Shown piece by piece: positions 41,751 to 53,593 of a stretch of 64,000 bases of DNA. The translations under genes and the position numbers were made by a program. The notes below the pieces were generated by a model. The model ran no database searches. It worked only from the letters and a program-made list of their open reading frames with translations, and was not told the origin of the DNA. The stretch comes from Sphagnum compactum (taxonomy: Eukaryota): assembly GCA_965153455.1 (NCBI GenBank), contig OZ234493.1:8608213-8672212 (forward strand), read 5' to 3'. Within the stretch, counting starts at the first letter, position 1. Each line of letters begins with the position of its first letter.

Positions 41751-44700
41751 TAGTGTTGGGTAGTTCTTTGATTTTTCAAAAAATTGCCAACTCCAAGTAG
41801 TTGACCTTTTCAAATTTCAAAAAACCTACCAATTTCGGGTTTAAAAAAATTTTCAATTTCAAAGAATTGACCGGTTTTGATTGTTTAAAAACTTTTAATT
41901 TGTAAGAACTGGCCGATTCCATGGGTTTGGACAATTGGAGGGAACATTTTTATAGATCGATTTTTTGGGAAAAAATCAACTAGTTATGTCAATAGGTTTT
42001 TAGTTGAAACCCCTGACAAGCCTATAGTTTGTTGGTTTTTTAATTCAAAAGGCAGTTATTTGATCTAGTTCTTTGATCCAATTTTATCCAAATGATAATT
42101 TTTTGATTTAGTTTTTCAAAGGCAAGCCCGGTTATTTCAATTGTGACCCTATGTCTCTATGATTTTTTTAATGGAAGTTTCATCACTACATTTACACTAT
42201 GGAGGCATTTGAAATCAACCTTTTTTTACGCTTTTACAAATAAATCAATGTTATGTCTTTCAACCAAGGCATTTAAAATTTAAAACCATGCCTTAAAATC
42301 AGCCATGGACAACAAATAACAAATAATGAAGCCATGAGATAAACAACTCAAATGCACCTTGAACCAAGGCACTTAAATTAAGTAGTTCAAAATCTAAAAT
42401 TTTGTGCAACCATGAAGGGGGAACAATTCAAATGCATCTTCAACCAAGGCACTTACATTAAGTAGTTTAAAATCCAAAATACAATGTAGCCATGAAGAAA
42501 AGCCTCAATGATCCAAACTAAAAATCAATAAATGATAAAGATAAAAAAATTTAGATTTGTTCCCAGACTTGTAATAGAAGATCAATTTAATTAGACCTTT
42601 CCATTGATTCAACCTTGTTGACAGAATTAACACAAAAAAAAAAAAAAATTCAAAAATTAATTGTGGTTCAAAGACATGGAGAAAATATTTAATTGAATAC
42701 TAACTGTTGTGGAACAAAGAAAGATATTTAAAATGGAAAATGCCAAACCACAAAACATAAAAGGTTACAGATTTGAAACATATTTTGTTATTACTGGCGT
42801 GTTCAAGTTGTGAGGGATCATACCAAAATCCACACACGCCTTCTCCCATGGTTGTCTCCCCTTGCTAGATTTCTTCGACCATGTGATGCATTTATGAACG
42901 TTGATTGAGTAAACTTTATTGATGCATAATGTGATTCACGATTCACCTTGTCATCCGAAGTGGCATATTAACATACTTTTGATAATGCATGCCTAAAACA
43001 GTAACCATAAAATGGCTATGTCATGCCAAGCCATCACAAGACACAATTGAGTTGAAAACCATTGCACAAGTTTACAAATTGAACCCCTCGTCCTTGACAT
43101 AGGCCACAATATTTTGTGTGAATGAAAATTTATCAAAGATTTGTTTCAACTTCATAACCATGGCAACACCACTAGTATCGTTGGCTTTAAACAACCCAAT
43201 AGTAATGTGTTTTAGCTCCCAATTGCTAGAGAAAAAATTAACAACCACCACAAAATATATCATGAGCCCCTTTTGACATCCAAAGATCAAATGTGCATGT
43301 GGCTGACAAGCATTTAGCCAAGGCAAGTTGCACATGTTCTACCAATGTTTTATTCACCAATGTAAGAAGGACTTCCTTGTTAAAAACCTTTTTAGATCCT
43401 TAAGCGTAATTGAATAGCTAATTTGTAGAACTAAATAGACTCAACAGTCCTTAGTGGTAGAAAAACCTTTGACCACAAACAACATGATGTCTTCCAAAAA
43501 CCCCTTTTGCATTTCATGGTTTTTCAAAAATGGATTTGAAGAGGAAAAAAATCCAAAGATGGCACTAGGGGTAACATTCTGTTGCTTAGTAGCTAGTTCT
43601 CGATCAAAAAGATTTCAAGGATGTAGTACATGTACCTTCTCTATATACCTTTTAAATAAAATAGTGTGATTTTGTTCCACATGTTTCTTCAAGGTTGATA
43701 TGCCATGAAATTTGTTATATGCAATGAGGCCTTTGCGGTATCTTGTGCATAAGGCCAGGATCTCGAGGCCAAGGGTCTCAACATGACAAACAATGCGTTT
43801 CATGACCTAACTTGTTTTAAATCAATAGGTTGGTTGTTGTTCACTTTAAAGAAAACCCATGTGTTTGAAACCCTTTAACAAGGCCTCCAAAACTTTGCTT
43901 GTTTTTTCAAGTTCTCTAGCAATGCCTCTTGGATTATAAGATCATTAGTGTCGACCTCGGATGGGGCCTCCTGCTTTAAGTTGTTCACAATGTTGTTATT
44001 GTTACATCCTGCCAAACACCCAACAACACAAAGGGCATTAGGTTCGGTTTACACACTAGCATTGGTTTTTGGAGTTGAAGATTCCATGGTAGTGGAGCAA
44101 AGAAATGGTGGGGAAGTGTAGTGAGAGAATTGCCAAAAGCAGTGGTTTGAGAAGTAGGGGTTTGAGAAGCAAATAAAACACATGTAGGTGGTGGCAACAT
44201 AAGTGAAGCACAAAAAAATTGCAATCACATACCACACATTGAACTTGTTGATAGAGGAAAAGGAAAAGAAAAATAGAAAAACACATGAGCAACAACAAAA
44301 CAATAAAAAAAAAAAATTGTTTTATGTTTTCTCACCTTTGTCTAATGCATCTGATGAAATCACCACACCATACTTAAATAAAGCTTGAGTAATCTGTAAC
44401 GGAGCAACAAATGTTGCCATTCCGAGGTTGCATTCATGTAGCTCACAAAAAATGGAGGTGTTGAACAATCTGATTCGTCCTTTCTCCATCGCAGGAAACC
44501 TAAAACTCAAGAACCTCCATAGAAAATGCAAGGCGATTTTGGGAAGATTGGGTTTTTTTGAGAAAACCTTGAAAACACCGAGAGACTTTGAAGTTTGGCA
44601 AAGCTCAAGTTTCTATGAAAGAACCTCATGAAAACACAGGTGGTTTTCACAACTTGCAAAGGTTGGGTTTCTATGAAAGAACCTCAAATTAGCAGTTTTC

Positions 44701-45024
44701 AAGGTCGGGTTTCTGTGAAAGAACCTTGGCAGTGAGACGGTTTTCAAACTTGTCCAATGTCAGGTTTCTTTCAAAGAACCTCCATGCATTTCTGGGTGTT
44801 GGGGCAGAAAGGGGGCCCGGATCTTAAAAAATTTGTCTGCTGGGTTGGAGGTGGGGGGCGGGTACGAATCTTCTGAAAATTGCTGGGTCAGTCAGTGGTG
44901 AGAGTGAGGGTTTCACAAAATGAGAACCGCCAATCATACATATAACCGCTCTAAAAACTGGCTAGTAACTGACGACGGACGGATTTAAGAACCACCCAAC
45001 ATTGGTTTATGTAACCCAACACTG
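41751..45024 (-). mobile_element. Decayed hAT transposon with TIRs, 8-bp TSD and truncated transposase (about 42790-43950)
   Basis: TIRs TAGTGTTGGGTAGTTCTT and reverse complement CAATGTTGGGTGGTTCTT. TSD GTTTATAT (41743-41750) versus GTTTATGT/GTTTATAC. Minus-strand fragments include BED-like 'RCIVCH...GISTLKKHVEQNH', 'FDLWMSKGAHDI' and 'NWELKHITIGLF...AYVKDEGFNL'. Subterminal TTCTATGAAAGAACCTC repeats lie at 44600-44790. Confidence 0.88.
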
Positions 45025-47398
45025 GTTTATACATAGGTAAGGGCTGTTCTTATTACCTACCTACTAACAACCCACAAGCAACCTGCTTGGGGGTAGGTAG
45101 TAAAAAAAAAGCAACTGAGCCAACCATCACTGTTAGCTAAGGAGCTGGAACTCAACAGAAAACTGTTTCCTGACCACTTACCATCCATCCTCCATGGTAA
45201 CAACGTGGGTGCTGATTCACCCAAGGCTATTAGAATCCATGCCAAGAACAAGAGCAGTCAAAAGTAATTATTCTTACAACCAAAGCATTTTCAATATGCC
45301 ACCCCTCCCACACCCAACCCTAAAAAAACAAAAAAAAAACAAAACACCCTAAAATGAAACAGGAATGGTGTAAGAATGAGGAGAAAAGTTGGAGAATCCA
45401 ACTCCATTAGATCACCACTTAAATAACTTCTTCACACTGGCATCACTACAATTGCTTGCTGGAGATGTAGCTTTTGAAAGCCTAGTTGAAAGCATTTCTA
45501 TAGTAGTTAGTTGCTCCTGATTAGTTTTTGTAGTCTGAGTGCCCCAGGCTGGACTCCTGACCACCATCCCCTGGGACCAAAAAATAATAATAGCTGCCAG
45601 CCAATGCTCGTTATGATGTTCCGAGAAAAAAAAGGGCCTTTGCTGTGTTGCAGGCCAGAATTTTTAAAGAAGCTGTAATTACTCATAGCAAGTAGTACTT
45701 CTGTCCCAGTGTTTTTATTTTTGGCAAATTTACAATAGAAAATGCTAAAAAGAAGCATTCTATGGATTTTTTTGGGGTAAAAAATAATTGGGACAAATCT
45801 TATTTTCAGTGTAATTTCAAATAAGTTTTCTCTTTTTTTTAATCTGGAAAATAATCGCCAACTTCTGGACCTCACCAAATTGGAAAAAAATCCCTAGTTC
45901 TTAATTGCCAGATTTTTTTGATTTTTAAAAAATATTGTAGGAATTGTCAGATGTCTAAATTTGGTTTCAGTACATTAGCCAGCAATAATAGAAGGATACT
46001 TCACTTCATTTATTTTCATATCTCCTTTGTAACCAAATTTGGCTGAATCTTAATACTGAATGTGTTCCTATTGAATTCCCAGAGAATTCTTTGAGATGTT
46101 CCCAATAGCATCACACTTTTATTCCATATGCTTGGCCAAAGTTGAACTTTCATATTACTATGCAATAGGGTTGGTATTTTGGTTTCTTGGCCAGGGTGAA
46201 TCCCCCTTGGCTTTGCGGTGTACCTTTTCTCTTTGCAATGGACTTGTCCCTTGTGTAATTTTTGATTTTTTTCTAGATGTTGGACCTTCATGTATATACA
46301 GTATAAATGGGAGAGGGGGCGCCAAAGCCAAGCATCTGTATGCTTCTATGTTGGGGAGTGCCCAATATTTCAAAAAGATTGTGATGGGCCAATCAAAGTG
46401 GCTCCTTGATTTTATTTATTTTGAGTGCACCCATAATTAATTTATAGAACCAACAATAACAATAGGTTTGGTGCACAATGAGTAGGGTAATGGAGGAGTG
46501 TGTGGGTAAAAGCAGAATCAATTCTGAAAAACATAATAAAAAATGGTAAGTCTTATAAAGAGTAGAGGAGTTATCCATAAAGTCACCCTTATCCCCTCTT
46601 TCAGTGGCATCCGCAAAGTAAGGAAATTTTGTTAAATCTCATTATGAAATGCTATAACTCAACATATTTAATGCACAAGGTTCGAGAGTCATTATAGTAG
46701 TTGTACAGGTAGGAGCAGTGAAAATATATATATGGAGGAGCAGTGAAGGCGCTCAGGAAAAAGGAAAGACATGATGAAAATTCAGCTTACCGCCAAAATT
46801 GGTGGAAAAACTTGTTTGGATCCCAGTTTATTTCTCGTTTTGTAAAATTTTCATGCCCGGTTAACCATTTGATGATGCCCTGTAATGTCGAAACTGGCCG
46901 TTCTCGCCCCCTGATCGCGTGACTTTACTAATAATAACTCTAGTGTCTAGTGTTTTATTCCCTTTGATGGGGGAGTGGGGCCAATGGTGGGAATATGAAA
47001 CACCCCATATTCAGACACCCAGAACCTTTAAAGAAAAAAAAACCCACCTGCAATAAAAAATGTGTACCAATCACGAATCAATTTCAAACCAGACGGGGCA
47101 GTGATTGCTTGTATGCCGACCAATTCAAAAGATCAAGGAATCCCGAAACACACATCTCCCACTACAATGGGCGTCGTCTAGCCAAAAGTTCAATCCTTTT
47201 TTTTGTCTTTTTCTCATGATACCCCCTATCATTGGGAAAAAAAGAAAAATAGCAAGGCATTTCGAAAAACAGAATGCCCACTTTTGATAGGTGTTGCATT
47301 TTTAAAAATGTCCTCCAAACAATTATGGAGGGAAATTATGTTGGGTAACATACCCTTCTTATGATCACACGACTTTACACTAAATATGAGTAAGTTAA

Positions 47399-47720
47399 GG
47401 GCGAGGACTTCAGACGAGGGTCCAAAGTCCAGGGATCACTGAATTCAAGCAATTTTTTTATTGGTCGAAAGCTTTAAATTGGTCCCAAGGCCTTTAGACA
47501 AGGGTCATAGACCAAAAAGTGGCAAATTGAGGCTAAACCTACATGGCACCTGTTTTGGAGGGAAAATCAATCAGGTGCTAAAAAGAGAGCACCTGATTTG
47601 GAGACCCAAGAGTCAGTTTAGGGACCGAGGTACAGTCCACCTCAAGGATTCAATTTGCTTCAAATCAGTCCAAATTGGTTCTTAGGAAATTGGACCCTGG
47701 ACCCTCGTCTAAAGTGAGCC
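47399..47720. mobile_element. Tourist-like (PIF/Harbinger) MITE, 322 bp
   Basis: TAA flanks both ends. Inverted termini share ACTT(C/T)AGACGAGGGTCCA and start with GG. Confidence 0.75.
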
Positions 47721-49699
47721 TAAGTATCTTCTCAAAAGTAAATTTCAAACCTCACATCTAAGTCATGAAACCAAATGTAGATAGGGGGAAATATTTCTTT
47801 GAATTTAGAACATACATGAATAAAAGTATAAGATCTCATATATTCATCGTTGGGTAAAAATTATAATTTAATTAATTTTACAATAAGATCATAAAACTCA
47901 ATATGTAATTAAACTAAATATGTTTTGACTTCTATATAAATATAACACATGTATTAAATATGTTAAATATATATTATTAGTAAGTTCAGTTAATAAGTTA
48001 GTAAGTGAACTAATATCATTAAATGAATTAATAATAAGCTTGCAAGCATGTGAAGTGACATTTAATGTTAGATTTTCTTTCCGGACTTGTAACCAATAAG
48101 GTTGCAACAAAACAATTCTTTGAATGTTGCATCACATGAAGCTTTTGTTTGTTGTCTTTTATGTTTCGTGCCATTTGTAATTGTAGTTCAAAAGAACTTG
48201 ACATCTTCAAGATACAATGAGTTATTATGAAAAAAATTAGTGAGAATATGTGCTTTCTTGTTATCAAGGTGCATTTCTCATCTAAACCAAATCAAAATTC
48301 ATATATACATATTTGAATTGTTGACCATACATCAAATGTCACATGTTTTAAATATTTGAAGATTTTTCAATTAATAATCAGAACACATCTAAAACCCTCT
48401 AACATTTGTGAGAACATAAGGAAGAGTGAGAATTACACCTCCACCACCACCATCAAATTGTAATGAAAACCTCATTGTTCATATGGGATTCCAATATTAT
48501 CGTTCCATGTCTACTTTTTAAATGTATGGTGTCATGTGAGAACATGGGAACACGGTATAGGTTATAAAAGGGTCAACTTATTTTTTTTGTAAACCATCTT
48601 ACACAACTTGTCTGTTGGGAAGGAGCCATTTTTTAATAAAAATTTGGGGACTTGATTCACAATTTAACATGTCACTCCAAAAAAATTATGCATACCTACA
48701 AGTTTAATCATTTGAAAGATTTTTTTATTCATAACATTTTGTTGTGACATTAGTGTTTGCTTCAATTTCATTCCTTCTATTCTACTTGAATGTGTTAAAA
48801 AAAGTCAATGTGACAAACAAATGTGCTAACTTTTTTTTAATACTTCGAAACCATTAATTGTTGAATTTTTTTCAAAAAATTACACCTTAGATAAGAATTT
48901 TTCTCTAGCACCTCCCAATTATCTAGTTGAAAAATATGTTAAGTGCATATGGTATATTGAAAAAGTAATAACTTTCTCACATCATCTTACAAAATTCAGT
49001 TGCATCCTCATTACTCTTCACAACTTCAAGTACTAAAACTAAAATATGAAATAAATATAATGTATCAATATTTGATGCAAACTTATATATATCCTTTTTA
49101 ATAAAACCCGATTATGCATAGGTGATAATGCATGTCAATGCCAACCTAACATTGTTCCTAAACTACAAAAGCTTTCATAAGACCCTAATAATTCCCTCCC
49201 CTTCTTGTTATACAAGAAGTGGGTTCAGGGCTTTGAATTACACCCTGCCCAACCCAATGACGAACATGGTGACATGTAATGACTTGGTGAAAGTCTCAAA
49301 CAAACGGGCAAAAAGGAAAGAATGCCCATGATTGTACCATCGATTGAAAAAAAGCACAAATGGTCGCTTTTAGTTAGAGAGAAAATCTAAAGGTGAAACA
49401 CAAATGATTTGGGCACCAAGCTTTTCACCCCATGTGCATGGAAGTATCACAACAACTGAACCTTCCCCCACAAAAGCTCCTCACACTTCAACCTTTTCAG
49501 CCCCACGCCCCCCCCACAACAATCACAACAACAATGTGATTTGCATCACCTAAGAAGATTCATGAATAAAAACATCACCATATTCAAACAAAATTTCATG
49601 GACTTCGACATAATTTTTTTGAAAACAATAAACTCAAAACCCTTGAACTCAATCTTCATTACAACTTCAACTTTGAGGGGCATGATTAGGATCAAACAA

Positions 49700-50210
49700 G
49701 GGTTTTAAATGGTTTTAATGTTCATTTTAAACAACCATGTGGTGTAACATTACAGAGGCTATCATAATATTAGAAAATAGGGATAGTCCCATTCCTTACA
49801 ACAATTTTGAATCATTGCAAATGGTAAATTGAAAATCATCAAAACATCTATTTGCGTCTTTCCTAGTTGATCCTCCATCATTGCAAAATGAGACTTTTTT
49901 TTGAAATTTTTGAGTTTTATGGACTGTTTGGACAAAGCAACTCCATTTACAATAAGTGTTGTTGGCAAGTAGATAGTACCTAGGGTACAATGAACCATGC
50001 ACTTTGAAGCTGAAGCCATGTCCCTTACATGTGAGCATTTCCTTAACAAGGGGGGGGGGGGAGCTATCTAGCATATTGATATCATTGTTGCCCCAGGAGA
50101 AGGCCAAAAAACACATGTCAAACCCATAAGGATTGAGCAGCAAAGGCTTCAAGAACGATGTTCATGTTACCATCCTTGTTTTGAAGTTGACCTTGCAGAT
50201 GAAGTTCATG
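49700..50210 (-). mobile_element. PIF/Harbinger DDE nuclease pseudogene fragment
   Basis: Minus-strand pieces 'QGQLQNKDGNMNIVLEAFAAQSLWV*HVFFG', 'GNNDINMLDSSP', 'YPRYYLLANNTYCKWSCFVQT', 'TRKDANRCF' and 'NIMIASVMLHHMVV' follow the plant PIF/Harbinger transposase motif order. Confidence 0.8.
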
Positions 50211-52300
50211 ACGAATGCCAGAACTTTCAACTTCAAAGTTTGTTTGTGTTGTGAGGAGAGCTTTGCAACACTTAACTTTTGTGTGGGTAGTGGCATGGTG
50301 TGTAATGGCCAGTAGGCTCTAAATGTGTGGATGTGAGGCTGCATTGTAGAGAATGGGTGGGGGCTTGAGCTTGCCTGAATCATTGAACCAGAACCACCCT
50401 CACCAATTCAAGCCCACCACTTTGTTCGTGATCACAATCCTATGGGTACTAGTGTTCATGGCCATGGGTGGAGACCCTGTTAAGATGCAAAAGAAACCGT
50501 CTGGAGAGTCGAAAACTAAAACCCAAACCAAACAAACCAACCCAGCCGATCCTACCCACTACCTCCCTGTTTCTAGGACTGGAGAGGAAAAAGGAAAAAA
50601 ATTAAAGACACCAGGAGGCTGAGATTGAAGATGTGAGTGAGTTCGATGATTAGCTTTATAAGGACACGATACTACCTATTAAATTGGTTAAGGGCAGTAA
50701 GTACTTACCCAAGTCCGTAGCAAGTACTTACCTCCCTCACAACAAGAAGAAAGAAGAAACCCATACATTCTACTACAGAAACATACTACCCCATGGTAGT
50801 CTTTGGCCATAAACATTCTTCTGATTTTTTGAGGCCCAGCAGCGGCGGTAGGTATGCAGGTCCTTGCCCTTGCCTTCTTTACCCGAGGAAAGAGTCCATA
50901 TTTGGAGTCAAGGGAATTAATATGCAGCGGCCGGTTAGACGAGAACACCCACCCGGTGGCGCCAGGGGACGCTGCTAAGTTCCTATCGTGTTTTTCCGTC
51001 CCGACAGAGCTCGCGCGAGATAGATAGCTTTGCTTTTGTTTTGTAGTGTTGTTGTTGTCGTCCGATGATGCGGTTTGAACGGATAATGCCTGCCTCGCCT
51101 CGCCTGCCTGCCTGTTCGTTCTAGCAGGCTTTTTTTTTTTTTTTTTTGGCTGACTATAAAAAGCCAGAAACATATATTAATTATTAGAAAGTGCTGTAAT
51201 AAAGTGCTTAGCCAGAAATATAGAAGCATGTTTAGATATTTTACTTTCATATTTAGCATGTAGCCAAATCTGGCTAAATGTTCCTGTGGACTATAGCCAC
51301 TTTGGCTACATCTCAAATTCCCCCCCCCCTCCCCCGCCCCCCAAAAACACCGGGGCCCTACTGTGTGTGGGGGGGCCCGCCTGCCTTTCCGCCAGAGTTG
51401 AAAGTGAAAGATGTTCGTGAGCAACGGACGCAGCTATGGGAGAGGTGCTTCGAGAATCCCGACCTCTTTTTTCTCCTCCTCTTTCTCCTCCTCCTCCTCC
51501 TACTTGTGTGTTCTCCCTTTGCGTTTTTCCTCCTTTCATCACCTTCTCCTACTACTTTGCTTCTTTCAGGAGCGTTGAAAGATGGTGAATAGGTAGAGCT
51601 TTTTCAGATTGGTTGTCTGTCAGTTTGTGCTCTCTGGCTCTGAGAGAAGAGAGAGAGAGTTGAGAAATAAATACACACGGAGTTGAGAGAAACACAACCT
51701 GTAGACAAGAGGTGCTTTATGAGGAGATCCGGATCTGAACCAGACGAGCTTCTGAGGAGAACTGATGTTGGGCAATACACGCGGTAGCTGTGTTGTTTTA
51801 TGATGTGAGAATAAGGGACTGTCGGGCCCCGGGGAGAGAGAGGAGAAAGCCAAAAAAGCAAAAAGAAAACAGAGGTTCAGGGATCATGGCAGATCACAAA
51901 GACTTGTTGTATTGGAGCTCGGAATCATCCAGGAGTGGGACGGACAAGCAGCAGCGACAGAGGATTGGAAGCAGCTGTAACTGTTGGACGGACAGACAAA
52001 CCTTTTTGTCGATGGGAGAGAAGAGGACCTTAAGGAGGGGAAAAACTTGGTGAGACGGAGGTGCTGCCTGCAAACCAAGAATTCTGTAGGCGAGAAGCAG
52101 ACGCAGATTGGCGCAATCTGGGTGCGTCCGCTAGTTGATTTTCCGAGGAGGAGGAAGCTGCTGCACACAGAGACACAGACTGAGACACAGAATCGCAGCA
52201 TGTCCCTGTGGAAGACTGAACGAGGAATCCTGGAGCAATGGTAGCAGAGAGCCTTTTGTAAGGGATCAGCAGAAGAGCTGCTGCTACAGCGTTTTTACAC

Positions 52301-53593
52301 ATGGGATTGGGAGGAAGGGCCAAGGAGCTGCTTCCTCCTTCTCCACCACCGACTTTCAGCTGTGTGATGTCGTTACAGGTTCGAGTGTTGGCGCTCACAG
52401 TTTTGACATCAATTACAGTTTTGTCAATCTTTTGGTCGCGCCTCCAAGTCTCGCAAGTGAGCTTCCCAGCGATAGAATGGACGATACGCAGCAATTCTCT
52501 GTCTAGAGGATTTTGCTCACTGGAGAGTAGTAGTAGTAGTAGGCTGAACGAGACGCTGTTCCAAGTGGCAGCGATCGATCCACCTGATGCGCTTATGCGG
52601 AAGCAAGTAGCAGAGATACTAGATGCAAGAATCTCCAACGGATATGTAAGGCGAGCACATGTGTCTGCATTGAGGGATCCAGATCGGCTCCTGTTGGCAC
52701 AGATCTCCACTCCAAAGCACATTCCCTTATGGCCACTGTTCAAGACAAAGGTGAGAGAATGGACTGACAACAAGAGGTTTGATCCACAGGAAGCCATGCA
52801 CAGTTTGGTCACGGAGATCAAAGACCCCATCGTCCGCCACTACAACAACAAGGAGCTCCCACCAGAGAACTCCAGCAGCAGCCTGAATCAGACACAGGAG
52901 AAGAAGAGCAAGTACAGAAAATGTGCCGTGGTGGGGAATAGTGGAATCCTGCTCAGACAGTCTTACGGAAGCTTTATCGACTCTCATGACATGGTCATGC
53001 GCTTGAACAATGCTCATATCTCTGGCTATGAGAGGTTTGTAGGATCCAAAACCACCATCTCTTTTATGAATAGCAACATCCTCCATCGCTGCTCGAGGCG
53101 AGCTGACTGCTTCTGCCATCCATATGGCATGAATGTTCCCATTGTCCTCTACATCTGTCAAGTGATTCACATCATGGATGTTGCTGTATGTCGAAAGCCA
53201 CAAAGAGCTCCATTACTGGTGACAGATCCACGGTTTGACGTCCTCCTTGCAAGGCTTGTCAAGTGGTACTCTGTGAAGGAATTCATGGAGAAAACAGGGC
53301 AGTCTTTGGATAGATGGCATGCTGTGCATGATGGGGAGAATTTCCATTACTCTTCTGGCATGCAAGCTGTGATGCTCGCACTCGGCATCTGCGAGGAAGT
53401 GGATCTTTTTGGGTTTGGTAAATCAGATATGAGCCCGCATCACTACCATACCCGCCAGAAACAAGAGCTTGGACTTCACGATTATGAGGCAGAGTACCGA
53501 ATCTATGAAGACCTTTCTCAAAGGTGTGCCAAGTCCATGCCCTTTCTCAACCAAACTGGGTTTGACATTCCACCTTTGCACATCTTTTTGTGA
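52301..53593 (+). CDS. GALT29A: GT29 sialyltransferase-like protein, beta-1,6-galactosyltransferase GALT29A-like, single exon, 430 aa
   Basis: Intact ORF with an N-terminal TM anchor (VLALTVLTSITVLSIFW). Sialylmotif L (CAVVGNSGILL...IDSHDMVMRLNNA...VGSKT), motif S (YSSGMQAVMLALGICEEVDLFGFG), motif III (HHYH) and motif VS (HDYEAE). The 'NSNILH.C.RR..C.CHPYG' and 'TDPRFDV' segments match my recollection of Arabidopsis GALT29A. Alternative start ATG at 52367. Confidence 0.93.
   Translation: MGLGGRAKELLPPSPPPTFSCVMSLQVRVLALTVLTSITVLSIFWSRLQVSQVSFPAIEWTIRSNSLSRGFCSLESSSSSRLNETLFQVAAIDPPDALMRKQVAEILDARISNGYVRRAHVSALRDPDRLLLAQISTPKHIPLWPLFKTKVREWTDNKRFDPQEAMHSLVTEIKDPIVRHYNNKELPPENSSSSLNQTQEKKSKYRKCAVVGNSGILLRQSYGSFIDSHDMVMRLNNAHISGYERFVGSKTTISFMNSNILHRCSRRADCFCHPYGMNVPIVLYICQVIHIMDVAVCRKPQRAPLLVTDPRFDVLLARLVKWYSVKEFMEKTGQSLDRWHAVHDGENFHYSSGMQAVMLALGICEEVDLFGFGKSDMSPHHYHTRQKQELGLHDYEAEYRIYEDLSQRCAKSMPFLNQTGFDIPPLHIFL

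Noticed and set aside
50688-51592. Several 100-160 aa ORFs upstream of GALT29A
   Set aside because: Low-complexity promoter-like DNA with homopolymers and a repeat insertion; no domain or splice support.
52030-52830. 266-aa antisense ORF overlapping GALT29A
   Set aside because: Shadow of a GC-richer coding strand; no recognisable motif.
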